A DNA stretch of 37,941 bases from Saprospiraceae bacterium (GCA_013361075.1 JABWAJ010000001.1:1-37941); one strand, 5' to 3'; shown: positions 23,459 to 32,914, numbered from the stretch's first letter. The notes: a model not told the origin generated them from the letters alone. Numbers and translations: made by a program.

Positions 23459-24754
23459 TCATCCCCGCAAATCCAAAATCCGCTTCAACTTCCCGCCTTC
23501 GCTCCTTGGAATGTCGCCCACTGCATGAAGCGTTACCCGCATCGAAATGCCGATATTGTCTTTGATTTTGCGCTGTAAATGTGTGGCTATGTGCTGCTGT
23601 TCCAGCATCTGTTGGTGAAGTTCTGAAATTTCCACCCGTACCTCTACCTCATCCAGTGTACCGGAGCGGGTCACCACCAACTGGTAATGCGCCGACAATT
23701 CCGGAATGTCGCTGATGAGCGCCTCCACCTGGGTATGAAACAGGTTGACACCCCGGATGATGAGCATGTCGTCGGCCCGCCCCGTGATCGCCGACATCTT
23801 GATGTGCGTGCGTTTGCCGCCCCGGTCGTAGTGCAGGCTGCAAATGTCGTTGGTCCAGTAGCGCAGCAGGGGCATGGCTTCTTTGGTGAGGGTCGTAAAA
23901 ACCAGCACCCCTTCCCTACCCTCCGGCAGCGGTTCCCCCGTATTTTTGTCAACTACCTCCGGGAAAAAATGGTCTTCCCAGACATAACTACCGCTCCCGC
24001 GCTCGTCCACATCTTCCTGCGACACGCCGGGACCAATGATTTCGCTCAGTCCGTAAATGTTGGTGGCACTGACGCTCAACCCCTGTTCCACATAAGCCCG
24101 CATGGTTTCCGTCCAAGGCTCGGCACCCAGCACCGCATAACGCAGGCTGAATTCAGCGAGGTCAATCCCGCGTTTGTTTACTTCTTCTGCCAGTGTCTGG
24201 GCATAAGAGGGCGTGCAACAGATCATCTCTGCCCCAAAATCCCGGAGGAGCAGCAATTGGCGGTCGGTCATGCCGCCGGAGACCGGCACCACCGTCATGC
24301 CAAGTTTTTCGCCACCGTAGTGCAGGCCGAGGCCGCCGGTAAACAGGCCATATCCATAAGCATTGTGCAGGATCATGCCCGGTTTTCCGCCCGCTGCAGC
24401 CAGCGACCGCGCCACTACTTCCGAAAACAGGTCAATGTCTGCCGGTGTGTAACCAACTACGGTAGGTTTTCCGGTGGTGCCGCTGCTTGCATGGATGCGC
24501 ACAAGCTCCGTGCGCGGAGTAGCCAGCAAGCCAAAGGGGTAATTGTCGCGAAGGTCGTTTTTAGTAGTAAACGGGAGCCTGCGGAGGTCTTCGACCGTCC
24601 GGATATCTGTTGGTGCCAGGCCAGCTGCATCGAATTTATGGCGGTACCACGGCACTTGCCGGTAAACCCGTTGGACCAGATTCCGGAGGCGTTCGTTTTG
24701 TAAGGCCCGGAGCCGGGGCAATGGCATTGTTTCTATGGTAGGATTGAAAAGCAT
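23459..24754 (-). CDS. paaK: phenylacetate--CoA ligase
   Basis: 431 aa. N-terminal LRALQNERLR...VPWYRHKFDAAGLAPTDIRTVEDLRRLPFTTKNDLRDNYPFG, P-loop SSGTTGKPTVVGYT, C-terminal GGKLKRILDLR. Classic PaaK. Confidence 0.9.
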   Translation of the reverse strand: MLFNPTIETMPLPRLRALQNERLRNLVQRVYRQVPWYRHKFDAAGLAPTDIRTVEDLRRLPFTTKNDLRDNYPFGLLATPRTELVRIHASSGTTGKPTVVGYTPADIDLFSEVVARSLAAAGGKPGMILHNAYGYGLFTGGLGLHYGGEKLGMTVVPVSGGMTDRQLLLLRDFGAEMICCTPSYAQTLAEEVNKRGIDLAEFSLRYAVLGAEPWTETMRAYVEQGLSVSATNIYGLSEIIGPGVSQEDVDERGSGSYVWEDHFFPEVVDKNTGEPLPEGREGVLVFTTLTKEAMPLLRYWTNDICSLHYDRGGKRTHIKMSAITGRADDMLIIRGVNLFHTQVEALISDIPELSAHYQLVVTRSGTLDEVEVRVEISELHQQMLEQQHIATHLQRKIKDNIGISMRVTLHAVGDIPRSEGGKLKRILDLRG

Positions 24755-24961
24755 ACTGGTGTTTTATGGCTGAAAACAAATCCGGGTTTACAGTTGGAAG
24801 CAGGTGGTTGAGCAGGCAGGGATTTATCAAAAATCCCCATTATGCAGCTGATATCACAACTATCCGGAAAAAAAGGATCGTATATTTGATCCATACTTGG
24901 CGCTTTGCCATGCGCGGTATAAAATTAAACAAAGACTGGTTATTTCAAAAAACGCCTCCTT

Positions 24962-25543
24962 ATGTCGCCGGAAAAAAACAAGCCTGACAATATTGATGCC
25001 TATATCGCTGGTTTCTCCGAAGAAATTCAGCAGGCTTTGCAGGCACTCCGGGCAACCATCCGCGCCGCTGCCCCTGAAGCTACAGAAGCCATCAGCTATC
25101 AAATCCCAACATTCAAGCTGAACGGTAAAAACCTTGTTCATTTCGCAGCATTCAAACACCACATCGGGTTTTATCCGGCACCACGGGGCATTGAAGCCTT
25201 TAAAGAAGCCTTGTCGGTTTATGACGGAGCAAAAGGTACGGTTAAGTTTCCTTTGAATCAATCCCTGCCCCTGGACCTTGTTGCTGAAATTGTAGGATTC
25301 CGGGTCAGGGAGACTCTGGAAGCAGCAACAAAAGGGAAGAAGAAGCCCGCAGCAGACTCCTTTTTTGCCGCACTGTCAGCCCCGGCAAGGCGGGCACTGG
25401 AAAACAAAGGCATTCAAACACCCCGGCAGTTGGCTCAGCATAGCGAAGCCGAAATTTTAACGCTTCATGGCATGGGGCCGGGTTCGATGCCGAAGCTTCG
25501 GGAGTTACTCTCCGCAAATGGCCTGGCTTTTAAAACCAGCTAA
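24962..25543 (+). CDS. DUF1801 (YdhG-like) domain protein with a C-terminal helix-hairpin-helix-like tail
   Basis: 193 aa. IDAYIAGFSEEIQQALQALRATIRAAAPEATEAISYQIPTFKLNGKNLVHFAAFKHHIGFYP is the DUF1801 core. The tail LTLHGMGPGSMPKLRELL is HhH-like. Confidence 0.7.
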   Translation: MSPEKNKPDNIDAYIAGFSEEIQQALQALRATIRAAAPEATEAISYQIPTFKLNGKNLVHFAAFKHHIGFYPAPRGIEAFKEALSVYDGAKGTVKFPLNQSLPLDLVAEIVGFRVRETLEAATKGKKKPAADSFFAALSAPARRALENKGIQTPRQLAQHSEAEILTLHGMGPGSMPKLRELLSANGLAFKTS

Positions 25544-25573
25544 AAATCAATTATTTACCACAAAATCAATGCC

Positions 25574-26095
25574 ATGTTTAAAGCCAACCTCATCAATAGC
25601 CCCCAGTATTACAAAGTTCGTCGCTTTGCATTGATCATGTTTTTGTATCCGGGTGCACTCGTGGTCGTGGTCGTCGGTCAGTTGCCGTGGTATTGGGCGG
25701 TTCCGGTTTTCCTGCTGGCCATGGGGATAGATTTGTGGAAAATAAAGGTCAATAAACAAGCAAAAGCACTTTCGACCGGCCACCGGATTGAAATCAGCGA
25801 CGAAGCCATCCGTATCCTCAGCGATTCCGGTGAAGTGGTAGAGGCCTTAAATGTAGCCGACGCGTCGGGCATTTTGGTCAAAGACGCTTATGGAATACCC
25901 GGCGATACCTTTTCGGGCTTTTTTAAAGAAGTGCAGGGCAAAACGCTTCAAAATTTCATTGTTTATCAGGCCGGCACCCAAAAGGTGCGCTACGACTTTG
26001 TCATTGAATCCAATTACATGATTGAACAATTGAAAAAAATAATCCAAAACTGGCAGGAAAAGGGCATTGTTGTCGGAATGGCGGAACGGGGTTGA
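25574..26095 (+). CDS. hypothetical membrane protein
   Basis: 173 aa with two N-terminal hydrophobic helices (FALIMFLYPGALVVVVVGQL, AVPVFLLAMGIDLW) followed by a soluble domain. No family recognised. Confidence 0.45.
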   Translation: MFKANLINSPQYYKVRRFALIMFLYPGALVVVVVGQLPWYWAVPVFLLAMGIDLWKIKVNKQAKALSTGHRIEISDEAIRILSDSGEVVEALNVADASGILVKDAYGIPGDTFSGFFKEVQGKTLQNFIVYQAGTQKVRYDFVIESNYMIEQLKKIIQNWQEKGIVVGMAERG

Positions 26096-26258
26096 TTTTT
26101 TTGCAGCCCCTTTAAGGGATGGGCGTTATGCGATTTTGGCAAAAATGTTCTCCGCCGTAAGTTGTATAGTTGCCAATTTGCATTGTTTTGGAATGGGCAT
26201 TGAATATAGAAATATCCTCCACACCGCCTGGTTTCAGGCACACCCTTTAAGATGACTA

Positions 26259-26813
26259 ATGACACCAACTTTTTTTAAAAATCAGGCTGAATTCAGGGCA
26301 TGGCTGGCTGAAAACTACCAAAAAGAAAAAGAAATATTGGTTGGTTTTTACAAAACGGGCAGTGGAAAGCTGAACATGACCTGGTCACAATCGGTAGATG
26401 AAGCGCTTTGCTTTGGTTGGATCGACGGGATTCGGAGGTCAATTGACAAAGACAGCTATTGCATCCGCTTTACGCCCCGAAAAGCCAACAGCATCTGGAG
26501 CGTGGTGAACATACAGAAAGTCGAAGCATTGACGAAAAGTGGGTTGATGCAACCGGCAGGACTGGAAGCGTTTAGTCGCCGGGTAGCTGAAAAATCCGGA
26601 ATTTATAGCTTTGAAGAGGGGGCAAAAAGTTTGGAAGACCACCTGGAACAACAATTTAAAGCCAACGAAGCAGCCTGGCAATTTTTTACCACCCAGGCAC
26701 CTTCGTATCAGAAAAACATCGTGCACTGGATTATGGCCGCCAAACAGGAAGCGACAAAACTTGCCCGCCTTGACAAAACGATTGCAGCAAGTGAGCAAAA
26801 AAAACGGCTTTAG
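26259..26813 (+). CDS. YdeI/OmpD-associated (OmdA) family protein
   Basis: 184 aa. FGWIDGIRRSIDKDSYCIRFTPRKANSIWS and the C-terminal PSYQKNIVHWIMAAKQEATKLARL are family signatures. Confidence 0.7.
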   Translation: MTPTFFKNQAEFRAWLAENYQKEKEILVGFYKTGSGKLNMTWSQSVDEALCFGWIDGIRRSIDKDSYCIRFTPRKANSIWSVVNIQKVEALTKSGLMQPAGLEAFSRRVAEKSGIYSFEEGAKSLEDHLEQQFKANEAAWQFFTTQAPSYQKNIVHWIMAAKQEATKLARLDKTIAASEQKKRL

Positions 26814-26860
26814 AGCTTTTTCGGGAATTCATCAACGGGCACCAAGCAATACTTTCTGAA

Positions 26861-27325
26861 ATGAAACCTTTAGTCAACCAAACCTATCTGCTCCAAAAAT
26901 TTCCGGGCAAAGGCGGATGGGTATACGCAGCCATTCCGGAAGTACTACAAAATAAAAACAACCCGTTTGGCTGGGTAAAAGTAAAAGGAAGCATCGACGG
27001 CTACGAATTCAGGCAATACAAGCTGATGCCGATGGGGAACGGGCAATTGTTCCTGCCGGTGAAAGCGGAAATCCGAAAAAAAATCGGCAAGCAGGAGGGT
27101 GATTTTGTGACCGTGGTGCTGTACGCTGACGATTCAGCCCTGGAAATCCCGGAAGACATCCTGGCTTGTTTTGAAAATGAGCCCCCGGCAATTTACCAAA
27201 GGTTTATTTCCCTGACAGAAGGCGAGCAAAAAGCTTACCTGGACTGGATTTACAGCGCAAAAACAGCCACAACACAAGCAGACCGGATTGTCCGAATGAT
27301 GGAACAGCTTCAGGAAAATTTATAA
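26861..27325 (+). CDS. DUF1905 domain protein with a YdeI-like C-terminal module
   Basis: 154 aa. GKGGWVYAAIPE...VKVKGSIDGYEF...MPMGNGQLFLPVKAEIRKKIGKQEGDFVTVVL (DUF1905) followed by EGEQKAYLDWIYSAKTATTQADRI. Confidence 0.7.
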   Translation: MKPLVNQTYLLQKFPGKGGWVYAAIPEVLQNKNNPFGWVKVKGSIDGYEFRQYKLMPMGNGQLFLPVKAEIRKKIGKQEGDFVTVVLYADDSALEIPEDILACFENEPPAIYQRFISLTEGEQKAYLDWIYSAKTATTQADRIVRMMEQLQENL

Positions 27326-27379
27326 TTTAACCGGGTTTCCCTGTTGGTTTTTCCAACTGGCCTGAGCAAAACAGAGCAT

Positions 27380-28303
27380 ATGAAGTACGGGTATTGCCTC
27401 CTTATTGGTTTGTTGTTGTCTTCTTCGGCCATTGCCCAGTCTGACAGCCTGCCCCATATCCTCGTCCTTGGTGTGGCTCAGGATGGTGGCTACCCGCATA
27501 TTGGATGCAGAAGGCCCTGTTGCGAAGCAACCCGGGAGCAACCCGCCAACCGGCAAAATGTGGTATCGCTGGCTTTGGTCAGTCCCGGAGAACGCAAGTG
27601 GTGGCTGTTTGAAGCCACACCCGACCTCAGCGACCAGCTCCACCTGTTTGCCACGCTTACAAAGGGGCAGTACAATTACCTGCCCGACGGGATTTTCCTG
27701 ACCCACGCGCACATTGGGCACTATACCGGGCTGATGGAACTGGGGCGGGAAGCAATGAACACCAGCCATGTTCCGGTTTACGCCTTACCCAAAATGAAGG
27801 CTTTTTTAACTAACAACGGGCCCTGGAGCCAATTGGTCCGTCTGCAAAACATAGACCTTCTGGAATTAACCGCCGATTCTGTCTTCCGGTGTTCCGGGGT
27901 CGTTCAGGTACAGCCGTTTTTGGTGCCGCACCGCGATGAATATTCGGAAACAGCAGGTTTTCGCATTGTCACCTCAGCAAAAAAATACCTCTTCATTCCG
28001 GACATTGACAAGTGGGCTAAGTATGAGAAAAGCATTGTTCAAGTAGTAAAAAATGTGGATATTGCTTTTTTGGACGCTACGTTTTACACAGCCGGTGAAC
28101 TGCCGTTCCGCAACATCGCAGAAGTGCCACACCCCTTTGTGTCGGAAACGATGACCTTGTTTGGACAGGAAGCATTAAGCGAACGCCGGAAAGTCTGTTT
28201 CATTCATTTTAACCATACCAACCCACTGATGTGGGACCCGGTAGTACGCACAGAAGTGGAGGAAAAAGGATTTTCGGTAGCGGTGCAGGGGAGCAGATGG
28301 TAA
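27380..28303 (+). CDS. secreted MBL-fold metallo-hydrolase (PqqB-like subgroup)
   Basis: Track ORF 27344..28303 (TTG); ATG 27380 gives the signal peptide MKYGYCLLIGLLLSSSAIAQ. LGVAQDGGYPHIGC and THAHIGHYTGL metal-binding region. Confidence 0.7.
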   Translation: MKYGYCLLIGLLLSSSAIAQSDSLPHILVLGVAQDGGYPHIGCRRPCCEATREQPANRQNVVSLALVSPGERKWWLFEATPDLSDQLHLFATLTKGQYNYLPDGIFLTHAHIGHYTGLMELGREAMNTSHVPVYALPKMKAFLTNNGPWSQLVRLQNIDLLELTADSVFRCSGVVQVQPFLVPHRDEYSETAGFRIVTSAKKYLFIPDIDKWAKYEKSIVQVVKNVDIAFLDATFYTAGELPFRNIAEVPHPFVSETMTLFGQEALSERRKVCFIHFNHTNPLMWDPVVRTEVEEKGFSVAVQGSRW

Positions 28304-28348
28304 GACATTCCATAGTACAAGCCCATACAGGCATCAACTTTATCAACA

Positions 28349-28870
28349 ATGGAGACAAGCATCCGGCCAGAACAACCTTCCGATATTCCGGCCATCCACG
28401 AAGTCAACCATTTGGCCTTTGGGCAAGCCGAAGAAGCCGTCCTGGTTGACAACCTGCGCAACAGTGATGCCTTCATTCCCGGCTTGTCGCTGGTGGCAGT
28501 AAAGGAAGGGCAAATTGTAGGGCATATCCTGTTTACAAAAATCAAAATTAAAGACGATCAGGGGAATGCATACAACAGCCTGGCGCTTGCACCCATGGCG
28601 GTCAGGCCCGAATTCCAGAACAAGGGAATCGGCGGACAATTGATCCGCTCCGGATTGGATCAGGCCAAAGCCCTTGGTCATGCTTCTGTGATTGTTTTGG
28701 GGCACGAGCATTATTATCCCCGGTTTGGCTTTGTTCCGGCAGAAAAATGGAACATCCGGGCACCTTTTGAGGTCCCGTCCGCTGCTTTTATGGGGATTGA
28801 ACTTCAGGAAGATGCCCTCGGAAATGTGCGTGGAATTGTTGAATATGACAAAGCGTTTGAAGGCGTTTGA
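28349..28870 (+). CDS. GNAT family N-acetyltransferase (YhbS-like)
   Basis: 173 aa. LAPMAVRPEFQNKGIGGQLIRSGLDQAKALG motif A. HEHYYPRFGF tail. Confidence 0.8.
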   Translation: METSIRPEQPSDIPAIHEVNHLAFGQAEEAVLVDNLRNSDAFIPGLSLVAVKEGQIVGHILFTKIKIKDDQGNAYNSLALAPMAVRPEFQNKGIGGQLIRSGLDQAKALGHASVIVLGHEHYYPRFGFVPAEKWNIRAPFEVPSAAFMGIELQEDALGNVRGIVEYDKAFEGV

Positions 28871-29063
28871 GAGACCCAGTACTCATAATCTTCCGATTGA
28901 GCCGGCAGGGAAAAGCAGACAAAGGAAAAAAGGAAAAAAAAGAGGGCCTTCATAATGTCGGGTATTTACGCAGATAAAGTCTTCACAAATTAAGTTTTTT
29001 TGCAAAAAAAAACCGAACTTTATTCGTGCCAAAGGGCGCATATTGTCGCCTTTTGAACAGATT

Positions 29064-29477
29064 ATGAAACGGCTTTTAACGATTGTTGCCGCCGTGCTTT
29101 TGCTCTTCAACGGGATTGGTGCCTTGTATGGTGGCTGGAGTTTAATGACATACCCCGACGGAAGTAATTTGCAACTACCTTTAGCCTGGCTGGAACACAC
29201 TCCATTTTCTGATTTTTTAATCCCCGGAATTGTCCTTTTTATTGCCAATGGTTTGTGCAGTATTTTTGTTTTTTCGGCGCTTTTATTTTCCTACAACAAA
29301 ACTGCTTTGCTGGTAATGGCCCAGGGCATCATCCTGATGGGGTGGATTGTTGTGCAGGTTTTACTGGTGCAGAAATATCATCCGCTTCAGTTACTTCTGG
29401 GAATTGTTGGTTTTTTGCTTTTTGTGACGGGGTGGGCGATGCGTAGAATCAATCAGAATAAGGAGGAGGGAAAATAA
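29064..29477 (+). CDS. hypothetical 4-TM membrane protein
   Basis: Track ORF 29043..29477 (TTG); ATG 29064 (MKRLLTIVAAVLLLF...). Four hydrophobic helices. No family recognised. Confidence 0.5.
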   Translation: MKRLLTIVAAVLLLFNGIGALYGGWSLMTYPDGSNLQLPLAWLEHTPFSDFLIPGIVLFIANGLCSIFVFSALLFSYNKTALLVMAQGIILMGWIVVQVLLVQKYHPLQLLLGIVGFLLFVTGWAMRRINQNKEEGK

Positions 29478-29898
29478 TTCACTGATGTTGTTCAAAGAGG
29501 CAAATAGCAAAGTTGAATTTTGTTTCGGGGCGTTCAGCGGTTTTTGGGGTTAAAGGCTTGTTCGGAAATCCATCAATTGACTTTGCTGAATCTTCAATTT
29601 GACTACAGCTGGCCAGCAGGCATTCGTTTGAAAAATATTTCAAATGTATTATTGTATTTAACAACAATTAATTGAGTTATTTTATTTATTATTTTTAAAT
29701 TTTATTTAAAAAAATTTTGGGAATAAATATTTTTGAACCTACTTTTGAGAATTCCTATCAACGAATCAGCAAAACTGTCCTGGTTTGAGGTGATTTCGTT
29801 TCAATATTTTTTTAAACACTCAACAAACACAATTTCATATAAACAAGCACTCGGCAAACACACCAAAGCCGATTTTTTCATTTAAACCATGCTTTCAT

Positions 29899-31269
29899 AT
29901 GAAACGAGTGTTTTTATTGTTGTCCCTTATGATTGGGTTCCTCTGCGGAGCTCAGGCAAATTCTACAATTGATTTTTGCGCAACGCCTGCGATGACAGGC
30001 AACACCTACTGTACCGGAGGAGAAGACTGTTCAGATTGCCTGGCAGACGAAGGCACTTTTCAGTGGATGCAATTTGGCCCGTGCTATCAGTATGGGTTTC
30101 GGCTTTCAGAGATTCCCACTTTAGGATGTTCGGGTTACTACTTAAATTACGTTTGGACAATTAATGGGCTTCCTGCGCCTGCCGGATTTTCTCCAACTTC
30201 GCGTTTGATTAATTTTACAGCCAATGGTACTTATACAGTATGCATTACCATACAAATAATACCAACGGGTAGTACAGAGCCTTGTCATTCCTACGATTTT
30301 TGCCAAACTGTAGAAATTAATTGTTTCCCTTGCGATTTACTGGATTGTGACAGCGTCATCATTACGAAAATAGACTCCAATCACGTCACTTTTACCATTC
30401 CTCCAACAGATTGTGAAACCTGCGAGAATCCGTATTATACCATTTCCTGGAAAAGAAAGGTAGATGATACCTGGAATGGAGGCGGATATTCGATTGTTGG
30501 CAATGAGGTTGACCTTTATTTCCTGGAGCCCTGTACGGAATATGAAATCCGTATTGAAATGAGCTGCGATGGCGAAGAAGGAGACATCATCACTTCCTGT
30601 ATTTTTGAATTTATGACAACAGGATGCGATAATGGGTGCCAGACCTGGCTTGACTGCAAATTTGTCGATACCGTTTACGTCCTCGATGATTTCATGGCGT
30701 TTGAATTCCAACCCATCGAAAAGTGTCCGAACTGCCCAAATCCTTATTATAATATCGGGTGGCGGGAATACTTGTCTGGCGATCCGTGGAATTATGGCGG
30801 TACTACTGTAGCACCTACTTTTGGAACCGGTACGATTTTTAGCCTTGATCCCTGCACAAGTTATGAGTTCATTATTGAGTTAAAATGCCCGGATACCACC
30901 ATTACGGATTATGAATGGCTTACTCCTACTGTTGCAGAATGTATTTTCAGTTACTTTACCACCGACTGTGTATTGCCCTTTGCAGCACCGGATCTGCCGG
31001 CTGCTCCCGCATCTTTTACCCGGATGATGGCTTTCCCGAACCCGGCTGTAGGCGAAGTAAATCTGCTCATCCTAAGCGATAAACAGGCAGAAGGGATGGT
31101 CCATATTTACAACAGCACGGGTGCTCTGGTGAAACAACTCAGCGCACAGACCAATATGACGCTGGAGGTGAGTCTGGAAAACCTGGCGCCCGGCGTTTAC
31201 CATTATTCGTTCACCGGAGAGACCGATGCCAATATTCGCATGGCTGGCAAGTTTTCCATCATGAAATAA
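29899..31269 (+). CDS. secreted Cys-rich protein with two FN3-like repeats and a T9SS type A C-terminal sorting domain
   Basis: 456 aa. Signal peptide MKRVFLLLSLMIGFLCGAQA. Two ~100-aa repeats sharing C(E/P)xC(E/P)NPYYxIxW(K/R)...(E/D)PCTxYE(I/F)xIE(M/L)xC...CIFx(F/Y)(M/F)TTxC. C-terminal FPNPAVGEVNLLI...VHIYNSTGALV...APGVYHY is the T9SS CTD. Confidence 0.75.
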   Translation: MKRVFLLLSLMIGFLCGAQANSTIDFCATPAMTGNTYCTGGEDCSDCLADEGTFQWMQFGPCYQYGFRLSEIPTLGCSGYYLNYVWTINGLPAPAGFSPTSRLINFTANGTYTVCITIQIIPTGSTEPCHSYDFCQTVEINCFPCDLLDCDSVIITKIDSNHVTFTIPPTDCETCENPYYTISWKRKVDDTWNGGGYSIVGNEVDLYFLEPCTEYEIRIEMSCDGEEGDIITSCIFEFMTTGCDNGCQTWLDCKFVDTVYVLDDFMAFEFQPIEKCPNCPNPYYNIGWREYLSGDPWNYGGTTVAPTFGTGTIFSLDPCTSYEFIIELKCPDTTITDYEWLTPTVAECIFSYFTTDCVLPFAAPDLPAAPASFTRMMAFPNPAVGEVNLLILSDKQAEGMVHIYNSTGALVKQLSAQTNMTLEVSLENLAPGVYHYSFTGETDANIRMAGKFSIMK

Positions 31270-31312
31270 AAAGCACAATCCCCCTTCGTGGATCAATTGT
31301 CATTCATTTTTT

Positions 31313-31351
31313 ATATGCAGCTGGCTGTGAAAGTCAGCTGCATATTTTTTT
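31313..31351 (+). terminator. strong rho-independent terminator
   Basis: ATATGCAGCTG (31313-31323) pairs perfectly with CAGCTGCATAT (31335-31345), giving an 11-bp stem, followed by a run of 7 T (31345-31351). Confidence 0.75.
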
Positions 31352-31465
31352 GGCGTTAATAATGCCAGGCTTTGGCGGCGGTTCGTGATTATTCGTGCTG
31401 TGATTATCGCGATTTTTCCCAAATTGCAGACGGATAAAACAGATGTTAAGGACACACTAACTACC

Positions 31466-32866
31466 ATGAAAAAAATTCTGATTGTATGTTCCCTTTTCTC
31501 CTGTCTCCGGGTTTTTGGGCAGGATGCACCGTATTCAACAGCTCAACTGAAGGCAGACCTTGAATTCCTGCATGCTGCCCTGAAAAAAAGCCATCCGGGG
31601 CTGTATTCCTATTCCACCAAAGAAGAAATAGATGCCCAGTTTAACAGTTTAGCCGCACAACTGCCAGCAACGATGAGCGGCCTGGAATTTTATGAATACC
31701 TCACCCCGCTTTGCGCAAAAATCAAGGATGGGCATACGCTGTTTAATCCGGCCGAAACGGTGACTGCTTACCACAATGAAAATTCCCGTTTTTTCCCATT
31801 TAAAATACACTGGGACGGCATAAAAATGTTTGTTGCTTTGAATTATGCTGCAACTGATGAAATTGACAACGGAGCCGAAATTGTAGCCATCAATGAAACG
31901 CCTGCGTTTGAAATCATAGAATACTGCCTGCTTCGGATGATGCGGGACGGAGAAAGCCCGGCTTACCCCATTTGGGTGCTCAACAACTGGTTCAATGAAT
32001 ATTACAGCTATTTTTACGGGCATCCAACCGAATTTGCCATCCATTACCGCCTGGGGAAAGGCCCGATACAAACCAAAACCATTCAGGCTCTATCCAAAAA
32101 GAGCATTTTTGAAAACCGGTCAAAACGCTACCCTGACCAGGCATTCAGCCGTACTGCTGATCAAAAGGAAGGCAATGGCTTAGTTTTAAAAATTGACCGG
32201 GAATTAAAATATGCCATCCTGACCATCAAAGACTTTGACAACACCATTCTCGAGGAAACGTACAAACAGCCTTTCAAAAAGACCATAGAGCAGTATTTTT
32301 CACAAATAGAAGCCGGGGGTGTTACAAAACTAATTCTGGATCTCCGCAACAATCAGGGCGGAGACGTTGAAAACGGGCGCCTCCTGTTGTCGTGGCTGAT
32401 GAATGTACCTTTTCAACTCGTGGCAGGCTACGCGAAAGTCAATGAACCCGGGGAAACTACGGAAGCAAAGCGCAATAAACCCTGCAAAGGGCCTGAAATG
32501 GGCGTTTTTCAGCCAAAATCACGTGCTTTTAAGGGGGAATTGTACGTATTGATCAACGGCGGAAGTTTTTCCAATTCCGGAATGGTCGGTGCTGCACTGC
32601 AATTTTATAAGCGAGGCCTTCTGATTGGCGAAGAAACGGGTGGAAATCAACACCTTCTTTGCGGCAATGAAGAAATCTTACTCCTCCCCAATACCCGGAT
32701 CAGTGTTGCCATTCCAACCCTTCAATACCAAATCAGGAAAGCAGATAAACTTAGCGGACACGGGGTCATCCCCGACATTGTCATCAAACCATCCATCCGG
32801 GAACTGATAAAAGGCGGGGATGAAATATTGAATCATGCGCTGAAACTCGTTTCCTTTGGGAAATAA
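31466..32866 (+). CDS. S41 family peptidase (secreted)
   Basis: Track ORF 31385..32866 (GTG); ATG 31466 gives the signal peptide MKKILIVCSLFSCLRVFGQ. LILDLRNNQGGDV, VLINGGSFSNSGM and GHGVIPDIVI are S41 core motifs. Confidence 0.75.
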   Translation: MKKILIVCSLFSCLRVFGQDAPYSTAQLKADLEFLHAALKKSHPGLYSYSTKEEIDAQFNSLAAQLPATMSGLEFYEYLTPLCAKIKDGHTLFNPAETVTAYHNENSRFFPFKIHWDGIKMFVALNYAATDEIDNGAEIVAINETPAFEIIEYCLLRMMRDGESPAYPIWVLNNWFNEYYSYFYGHPTEFAIHYRLGKGPIQTKTIQALSKKSIFENRSKRYPDQAFSRTADQKEGNGLVLKIDRELKYAILTIKDFDNTILEETYKQPFKKTIEQYFSQIEAGGVTKLILDLRNNQGGDVENGRLLLSWLMNVPFQLVAGYAKVNEPGETTEAKRNKPCKGPEMGVFQPKSRAFKGELYVLINGGSFSNSGMVGAALQFYKRGLLIGEETGGNQHLLCGNEEILLLPNTRISVAIPTLQYQIRKADKLSGHGVIPDIVIKPSIRELIKGGDEILNHALKLVSFGK

Positions 32867-32914
32867 ACCAGGCCAGGCAACCATTGCGCCTCTGAAAAAA
32901 ATGAGCATACCGGA

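Noticed and set aside
23687-24703. 338-aa ORF antisense to paaK. Similar long shadow ORFs: 10826..11704, 11741..12445, 14703..15431, 17810..18370, 32678..33247, 33292..33795, 34784..35320, 35941..36483 and 36994..37566
   Set aside because: All lie entirely inside, and antisense to or out of frame with, ORFs that have strong family signatures or much greater length. Their products are low-complexity and motif-free, so they are classic shadow ORFs.
25481-25491. GGTTCGATGCC, resembling a tRNA T-arm (GGTTCGAATCC)
   Set aside because: It lies inside the well-supported DUF1801 CDS (encoding ...GPGSMPK...). No acceptor, D or anticodon stems can be drawn around it.
28995-29010. Perfect palindrome TTTTTTTGCAAAAAAA upstream of the 4-TM protein gene
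   Set aside because: It is a homopolymer-based palindrome of very low information content. It could be a weak bidirectional terminator or simply AT-rich promoter DNA, with nothing further to support a specific role.
29479-29667. 62-aa minus-strand ORF with a lipobox-like LLASC
   Set aside because: The N-terminus lacks the charged plus hydrophobic signal segment needed before a lipobox. The ORF sits in an AT-rich leader and has no supporting features.
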